The notes beneath the pieces are model-generated. The model made no database searches. It saw only the letters and a program-made list of their open reading frames with translations, and had not been told where the DNA came from. A stretch of DNA of 64,000 nt from Terriglobia bacterium (GTDB lineage: Bacteria; Acidobacteriota; Terriglobia; 2-12-FULL-54-10): NCBI GenBank assembly GCA_963666975.2, contig CAXVYR010000004.1, positions 320,001-384,000 of the forward strand, given 5' to 3'. Of the stretch, positions 58,257-64,000 are shown in pieces (the first letter of the stretch is position 1; the number at the start of each line of letters is the position of its first letter). Position numbers and translations under genes: made by a program.

Positions 58257-59303
58257 TTAGTTCAGTTCCTGACTTTGAAACAGCCGTCCGATGTAACCCA
58301 CGGCGCGGATGACTCGTTCATAATGCATGCGGGCAGGACCCAATATTGCCAGGCGACCGGTTGCTTTTCCTTCCAAACAGTAGGGAGTCCCGATCAGTGC
58401 AAAGCTTTTCAGCAAGGAAGGCCGCCCGGGTAAGCCGATCACCACTTGCAGCGGATCGCCCGGACTCTGGATACATTCGTTGACGAGACGAACCAGATTT
58501 TCCTTTTCCTCCAGCGCCTTGAGCAATTCGCGGATGCTCTGCGGATCGGCCAGCTCGGGCTGGCCGATCAGGTTGGAAGCTCCCTCCAGAAAGACCTCCA
58601 CTTGGGAGATGTCTTCCAGCATCCCTTGCGCGTGGAGTTGTTGCAGGTCCTTCAGCACCTTGTCATAGGCAGCCCGTTCCGCTGCCAGCCGCTGGACCAG
58701 CTCCGCCTGAATCTTTCCAAACTCCCAGCCTCTAAAATGGTGGTTCAGGTACTTCGCCGCGCTATCCAAGTCTTCCTGCGACAGCTCGGCCTCCACTCGG
58801 ATGGTGTGGTTCCGAACCCGGGAGAGACCACAAACGATCACAACCAAAATTCGGTAATCGTTCATGCGCACAAAGTGGATGTGTTCGAGAATCGTCCTCT
58901 CCATCGGTTCACATACAACCAGCCCCAGGTTCCGGGAAATCTGGGACAACACCTTAGAGGTCCTTTCAAACACCACCTCTTCCGGGACACCTTCCTGCTC
59001 GCCCAGTTGGGAAAGGATTAGATTTTCATCCGCCCGGCTGGGCGGCTGATTGGCGTCACAGATGCTCACATAATACAGATACGCTTTGTCGGTAGGAATT
59101 CTCCCGGCGGAAGTATGCGGCTGCTCCAGATAGCCTTCCTCTTCCAACTCCAGCATGAGGTTCCGAATGCTGGCGGGGCTGAGCCCATCTTTCCGCTGGC
59201 GGGAAACTGCACGCGAACCCACGGGTTCCCCCGTCAGGATGTGGGTCCGAATCACAGCCATCAAAGTCTCGGAACTCCTGCCTTCAGGCATTCTTAGTTG
59301 CAT
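58257..59303 (-). CDS. hrcA: Heat-inducible transcription repressor HrcA
   Basis: TGEPVGSR, SPASIRN, QPHTSAGRIPTDK, GPARMHY. Confidence 0.95.
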   Translation of the reverse strand: MQLRMPEGRSSETLMAVIRTHILTGEPVGSRAVSRQRKDGLSPASIRNLMLELEEEGYLEQPHTSAGRIPTDKAYLYYVSICDANQPPSRADENLILSQLGEQEGVPEEVVFERTSKVLSQISRNLGLVVCEPMERTILEHIHFVRMNDYRILVVIVCGLSRVRNHTIRVEAELSQEDLDSAAKYLNHHFRGWEFGKIQAELVQRLAAERAAYDKVLKDLQQLHAQGMLEDISQVEVFLEGASNLIGQPELADPQSIRELLKALEEKENLVRLVNECIQSPGDPLQVVIGLPGRPSLLKSFALIGTPYCLEGKATGRLAILGPARMHYERVIRAVGYIGRLFQSQELN

Positions 59304-59524
59304 CCCAGAACTGACTTCAGAATAAGGACTTATCTTTGAACTTCCCAGAACTTCTCGCCCAATACTCCCTGGCCTGATTTTACTGGCCTCCCTGTAGTCC
59401 TGTCAAGGCTGAGCCTGGCAGTGGAAGCGTTCTGCCAGGACACTCCGCTGGTTCCATTCCGCAGAAGAGGGGTTGCAGCGCTTCTTCGCTTCCACGGTAT
59501 TACTGGGGTATCACTGGAAGCGAC

Positions 59525-61222
59525 CTACTTCCGGGCGGCCTCAAAAACTCCCTGCCCCACGTCATTCAGAATCGGCTGCTTGCGGTAACGCTTGACCGCC
59601 AGCCAAGCCTCGACAGCAAGCCAGATGGCAAGGGTGAAAATCAGCCCCCCGGCAAACAGGAGCGTCCATTCGCCCTGCTGCCAGAAGCCGGTCAGACTGC
59701 TGACCATGGCCACGAGGGTCGAGCCCAGCATGAACAGCATGGGCAGCAGCGTATAGATGATCGGCTTGCCGCGCCGCAGCAGGTAGAGGGTCACCGCCAG
59801 CAGTGCCAAACCGGCCATGAGCTGGTTGGTGGTGCCGAACAATTGCCAGAGGATGAGTCCTGCGGCCTGGCCGCCGCTTTCGTAGAAGGCAAAAAACCAG
59901 ATCGCGGCCACGGCCAGGGCCGAGGCCAGGTAACGGTTCCCCAACACGGGAACTCGCAGCGTCTCGCCGATCTCGGAGATATTGTAGCGCAACAGGCGGG
60001 TGGCCGAGTCCAGGGTTGTCAAAGCGAACGACACTACAATCACTGCGACAAACGTCCTTCCCAGCTCAACGGGAATTCCGAGGGCGGTTAGAAAGTGGGA
60101 AGTTCCTCCGATGAAGGCGCCGATGTTGTTGCCCAATCCTTCGGCGCTCTGCCAACTGCCATAGTGACCCAACCAATCCTCACGGGAGATGAAACCGGCC
60201 GTGCAGGCCAGCACCGCCATCAGACCCAGCAGCGATTCCCCGATCATGCCGCCATAGCCGATCAAAGGAGCGTCGGTCTCGCGATCCAGCTGCTTGGCCG
60301 TCGTTCCGGAGGAGACCAGCGAATGGAACCCGCTGGCCGCCCCGCAGGCAATGACGATGAAAACGAACGGAAACATCGGCGGCGCTCCCTCCGGGTGGAG
60401 ATTAACCGCGGGGGCCACAAATTCCGGCGAAGAAACGAACAACCCCAAATACATCCCGCCCAGTCCCAGGTACAGCAGCAGGCTGTTGATGTAGTCCCTC
60501 GGCTGCAAGAGCATCCAGACCGGCAGCACGCTGGCGGCAAATGCGTAGAGCAGCAGCATCCATTTCCACTGGCCCAGCGCGGGGCCGAGGATGGGATGCC
60601 CGATGCCATACCAGACCAAGGCGAGCATCGCCAGAAAACCGATCGTGCTCACAGGCGGGATTCTCCAGCCAAGCCGGTAGATCACCACCCCCATAACCAC
60701 CGCAATGATCATCAGTGACCCGCTCGGCAGTACGGCTTCGGGATAAAACTCAGGCGAGAACAGCACGGCCACGACATGGACGAAGACGCCCATGGCCAGC
60801 GCAATCAGAAAAAAAATGATGAGGTGGAAAAGGGTTTTCGCCCGCGCCCCGATCAAATCCTCGGCAACCTTGCCGATGGACATGCCCCGGGAGCGGATCG
60901 AGACCACCAGCGACCCGAAATCGTGGACCGCTCCAACTAAGACGGCGCCCAGCACCACCCACAACATGGCCGGCAGCCACCCCCAGATCACAGCGACGGC
61001 GGGTCCCAGCATCGGCGAGAGCCCCGTGATCGAGGCATAGTGGTGGCCAAACAGGACGTAGCGGTTCGCCGGAACGTAGTCGACCTCGTCGCGCATCGTG
61101 TGGGCCGGCGTTCGCCGGGCCGGGTCCAGGTCGAACAGACGCCGCCCAAGGTAGCGGGCGTAAAAGCGGTAGCCCAGGAAATACAGAGCGAAACAAAAAA
61201 AGGTGGCTATGACCGGGCTCAT
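59525..61222 (-). CDS. cstA: Carbon starvation protein A family transporter
   Basis: LFGHHYASITG, GAVHDF, LPVWMLLQPRDY, IACGAASGFHSLVSSGTT, LTTLDSATRL, FGTTNQL. Confidence 0.93.
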   Translation of the reverse strand: MSPVIATFFCFALYFLGYRFYARYLGRRLFDLDPARRTPAHTMRDEVDYVPANRYVLFGHHYASITGLSPMLGPAVAVIWGWLPAMLWVVLGAVLVGAVHDFGSLVVSIRSRGMSIGKVAEDLIGARAKTLFHLIIFFLIALAMGVFVHVVAVLFSPEFYPEAVLPSGSLMIIAVVMGVVIYRLGWRIPPVSTIGFLAMLALVWYGIGHPILGPALGQWKWMLLLYAFAASVLPVWMLLQPRDYINSLLLYLGLGGMYLGLFVSSPEFVAPAVNLHPEGAPPMFPFVFIVIACGAASGFHSLVSSGTTAKQLDRETDAPLIGYGGMIGESLLGLMAVLACTAGFISREDWLGHYGSWQSAEGLGNNIGAFIGGTSHFLTALGIPVELGRTFVAVIVVSFALTTLDSATRLLRYNISEIGETLRVPVLGNRYLASALAVAAIWFFAFYESGGQAAGLILWQLFGTTNQLMAGLALLAVTLYLLRRGKPIIYTLLPMLFMLGSTLVAMVSSLTGFWQQGEWTLLFAGGLIFTLAIWLAVEAWLAVKRYRKQPILNDVGQGVFEAARK

Positions 61223-61253
61223 ATCAAGATTTTACAGTCGCCAGCAGTGGGGT

Positions 61254-61315
61254 TTACTTCCCCTTGTCGTCGCGCTTTGAGATCATCACAAAGAAGCGGA
61301 TCGTCACAAAAACTG
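61254..61315 (-). pseudogene. Degenerate second copy of the small NSS-associated peptide gene
   Basis: VFVTIRFFVMISKRDDKGK* versus VSITIRLFVMISRRNRGKGE* at 63201-63311; shared ttgagatcatcacaaa.aagcggatcgt. Confidence 0.7.
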
Positions 61316-61407
61316 GTCACTTCGCCGCCAGGAATGCGCTGTAGTAGCGGCAACTAATCGCCAGCACGCACAGGGCAAAGATCAGGATAGGCGCGGCGCT
61401 CAGCTCG

Positions 61408-61910
61408 TTATCTCATTCGCACGGTTTCTCTAAGGAATACGGGCGTTAGGCAGATCGCGTACGGTTTTATGAAGTGTGGCGCGATATTCTTGCGTGTACT
61501 CCGTAGCAAAAGCTCCTGTGGTTTGTGTCCCGCCTTTAGCCGTCGAACTTGATCAAAGCTGTACCGAGTACCGTTGGCATCAAACTCAATCCAAGTCAAG
61601 ACAGCCCAGCATACTATTGAACATTTCATAATATAGTGACATTTCCACAGGCTTCAAAAGCCCTACAGAAGGCCGCCCAGCGAATCTAAGTGTCACTATA
61701 TTATGTAAACCTCAATAGCCTGCTACAATCTGTGGCGTCCGCAAAGATAATCGGCATGCTGGAATTCGCCGTCTGGGCTTCACTGAGAAGACGTGCAGCG
61801 CTGGCCCATTTCTTAGCTTCCGTTTCCTGGCCTGCCTTGTTATTAAGATGTGCATTCAGCTTGTCACCATGCAAGATCGTGTAAACGGAGAACTTTGATA
61901 ATTCGGTCAT
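61408..61910 (-). pseudogene. Hypothetical 133-aa gene interrupted by a MITE
   Basis: Removing 61617-61715 plus one TA gives a continuous 402-bp frame (...DCSRLVCWAVL...). Confidence 0.75.
61615..61717. mobile_element. 99-bp MITE with about 25-bp TIRs and TA target duplication
   Basis: ttgaacatttcataatatagtgaca ... tgtcactatattatgtaaacctcaa, flanked by TA on both sides. Confidence 0.82.
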
Positions 61911-61925
61911 TTCTGCGCCGCCCTT

Positions 61926-62144
61926 TCAACCGCATTCGTCCACCACCGAGCCTTGCATCATCAACGCGACCGCCCGCAGAGCCTCGTCCTCGCTCCTCTG
62001 CTGGAGTATCCTTCGGAACACTTCGTACAGGCTGATGGAGGGAACCACCAACTCGGAACCGGCCTCAATCGCCGGGGCGAAGAAAGAGGCGTTGGATTCA
62101 TCGGCGAAGTATTCGAGCCAGCCCGAAGAATCGACGACATTCAT
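61926..62144 (-). pseudogene. Truncated VapC (PIN) toxin
   Basis: MNVVDSSGWLEYF, VPSISLYEV; only 72 aa, C-terminal acidic catalytic region missing. Confidence 0.75.
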
Positions 62145-62347
62145 ATCCGGTCATGTTCGCGCTCGATACAGGTAGCAATGCCCTTGAGAAAGCCTCGCGC
62201 CTTCTTGACCGGTTTCAACGGAATCAATTCAATGCGATCCTTGTACAAAATCATTTGAACTTTCTGGCCCGGCCGGATGCGAAGGGATTCCCGGAGCGCG
62301 CGGGGAATGACCACTTGAAATTTGGGAGAAATGATGACAGTTTCCAT
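62141..62347 (-). CDS. AbrB/MazE-family antitoxin
   Basis: ISPKFQVVIPRALRESLRIRPGQKV; ATGA overlap with vapC. Confidence 0.88.
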   Translation of the reverse strand: METVIISPKFQVVIPRALRESLRIRPGQKVQMILYKDRIELIPLKPVKKARGFLKGIATCIEREHDRI

Positions 62348-62441
62348 GCAAAGCCTATCGATCAAACTTTCGTATTACGTTAGCTATTCTACCCCGTTTG
62401 CCAAGCCGGGACAACGATTGCGGAGCGCTGCCCAGGCTCGA

Positions 62442-62699
62442 CTAGCGGCGATCGCGGTCTTCCATCGCCTCTCGGAGAACGTTGTTGATCCGCGTCTGGT
62501 ATCCCTTCCCTTGAGCCTTCAGCCACGCCAGAACGTCCGCGTCCAGCCGAATCGTCAGCGACTTCTTTATGGGCCGGTAAAACTTTCCAACGACAGCCTT
62601 CCTCCAGTCCCTGATCTCGGGAATGTCGCTGAGGTCGATATCCTCGTCTTTCAGTCGCCTCAGCACGGCAATCTCCTTATCCCTCTGTGCTTTCTTCAT
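62442..62699 (-). CDS. BrnA-family antitoxin
   Basis: IDLSDIPE, YRPIKKSLTIRLDADVLAWLK, GYQTRINNVLR. Confidence 0.9.
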   Translation of the reverse strand: MKKAQRDKEIAVLRRLKDEDIDLSDIPEIRDWRKAVVGKFYRPIKKSLTIRLDADVLAWLKAQGKGYQTRINNVLREAMEDRDRR

Positions 62700-62966
62700 A
62701 AGCTCTCCTCTCCCTAGGCGTGGCCTTTCGCGCGGAGATGATGCGAATCACCTCTTCTCCTTTCTCATCGCGCTGCGTGTGTGCGACCAAGAGCAAATCT
62801 CCCTCGCGGATCGCTCCGATGGTCTGCCAGCGCTCCTCTGCTTCCACCACTCGCTCCCGATACTGATCGCCCACGGATCTTCGAACACCTCTCGTGCGAT
62901 CTCAAAGCGGACCTTGTGTTTGGCGCGGTTGCGCCGATTCTTCTCCGCGTCCCACTCGAAGCGCAT
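62677..62966 (-). pseudogene. BrnT-family toxin with a 1-bp frameshift near 62860
   Basis: MRFEWDAEKNRRNRAKHKVRFE...FEDP in one frame; EERWQTIG...IRIISARKAT in the next. Confidence 0.82.
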
Positions 62967-63200
62967 GGAGTCAGTACCATTCCGCAGTTACAGTATAGTA
63001 CATACGCAGCCCAGGTGAAAGTCCGTTCGGGAAACGAGACGACATGCGGATGCAGGAAGGCGGACCAGGGCCGCCGTGCGACAACCGGCTTTGGAAGACT
63101 CCTGCAAGCGTCCTCCAGGACCGCCACTTGCGCCGCCAGAAACGAGCACCATGACAAGCGTTATGCCGGGTCTACTAGAAGCTCCAGTGCACGCAGCTGG

Positions 63201-63311
63201 CTATTCGCCCTTTCCCCTGTTGCGCCTTGAGATCATCACAAATAAGCGGATCGTGATACTGACGACGATGACCCAAGTAACCGCCATCATGATCCAGGCT
63301 GTAGTCGTCAT
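63201..63311 (-). CDS. 36-aa single-TM peptide, putative small subunit of the NSS transporter (MetS-like)
   Basis: MTTTAWIMMAVTWVIVVSITIRLFVMIS; ATGA overlap with the transporter stop; not in the ORF track. Confidence 0.65.
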   Translation of the reverse strand: MTTTAWIMMAVTWVIVVSITIRLFVMISRRNRGKGE

Positions 63312-64000
63312 GCAGACACTCGTTTCTTTTTCCATGCCTTGTAAACCAGAAACGCGCAACCAAAAAACACACACATGAGAAGGAAGCGCGTCCCGTCCAT
63401 CACAAGGTCCTTGGTGGGATTTCCGGCAGCATCGAACCACATATAATCGCTGCCGACGTGAAAGATTTTTCCGGCCACGCTGTCGGGCGCGAGCGGCCAC
63501 CCGCTTCCCGACAGCAGCGAGGCAAAGGCATCCCGCCAATTCCCGCCTTCCGGGTTGATGAGCGAGGCCAGGAATACGATGAGCAGGAAGGTGGGCGTGA
63601 CGTAGCGGAGCACGAACCGGAATAGTTTTGGCACCTTCATGTCGGCGCCCCGCGTGATCTCGTCCCAAGCGCGGTCTATGCCGAAAATCCAGGCAAAGAT
63701 GATCGCTTCGCCGAGGGCGAAGACCACCAGGGCGAATGTTCCGGTCCAGAAGTCGAACTCGGCGAAGGCGCCGCCCGGATACAGCACAACGCAGAACAAG
63801 CCGAGCAACAGCGTGGCAATTCCGAATCCAACAGCGGATTTCGCCCGCGACCAGTCATATTCGTCCTGCAAGAAGGACATCATCGGCTGGCCCATGGCGA
63901 GCGAGGAGGTGATGCCCGCGAAGAACAGGAGCCCGAACCACAGGGCGCCGGCGACGGGCGCGAACCAGCCCCAGTTGTTGAACATCACGGGGAGTGCCAG
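63308..64000 (-). CDS. Sodium-dependent transporter, NSS/SNF family (5' part outside window)
   Basis: WFGLLFFAGITSSLAM, EFDFWTGT, EAIIFAWIFG, RYVTP. Confidence 0.85.
   Translation of the reverse strand: MALPVMFNNWGWFAPVAGALWFGLLFFAGITSSLAMGQPMMSFLQDEYDWSRAKSAVGFGIATLLLGLFCVVLYPGGAFAEFDFWTGTFALVVFALGEAIIFAWIFGIDRAWDEITRGADMKVPKLFRFVLRYVTPTFLLIVFLASLINPEGGNWRDAFASLLSGSGWPLAPDSVAGKIFHVGSDYMWFDAAGNPTKDLVMDGTRFLLMCVFFGCAFLVYKAWKKKRVSA

Noticed and set aside
59414-59439. Inverted repeat cctggcag-N10-ctgccagg upstream of hrcA as a CIRCE
   Set aside because: Spacing is 3 bp shorter than TTAGCACTC-N9-GAGTGCTAA and the inner bases do not match.
61685-61712. ttatgtaaac resembling the XerD arm of a dif site
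   Set aside because: No XerC arm, and it is part of the MITE terminal repeat.
63020-63152. Minus-strand MVLVSGGASGGPGGRL...ALVR as a decayed Rossmann-fold start
   Set aside because: Too degenerate to support by eye.

Overview
GC-rich bacterial chromosomal segment, most likely Acidobacteriota. This is inferred from the Solibacter-type C-terminal domain on a giant SBBP/Ig protein, the TPR and TonB-receptor styles, and the yicC-gmk-rpoZ-coaBC-udg-priA order. The backbone is housekeeping: pyrD, pcm, modABC, dnaK-dnaJ-hspR, M20-asd-dapB, HU, priA, msbA, class I fumarase, hom, purC, mqnD, kdsB, hrcA-grpE-dnaJ, cstA and an NSS transporter. It is interrupted by small accessory patches: five type II toxin-antitoxin loci, gene remnants, MITE/REP-like elements and short tandem duplications. 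The most notable observations are: (1) an orphan GrdB/PrdB-like selenoprotein split by the ORF caller (in-frame UGA in a U-x-x-C motif with a SECIS-like hairpin), co-oriented behind a small Cys/His-rich membrane protein; (2) a TA pair with integron-cassette hallmarks sitting outside any visible integron; (3) a 23-24 bp palindromic element that inserts precisely into other repeats and into itself; (4) a 99-bp TA-targeting MITE whose removal restores an ORF; (5) a HAIR-like HspR operator over the dnaK promoter; (6) a poly-G frameshift in a 5.2 kb surface-protein gene. No rRNA, tRNA or CRISPR array was recognised. All calls come from reading the sequence by eye; no database searches were run.
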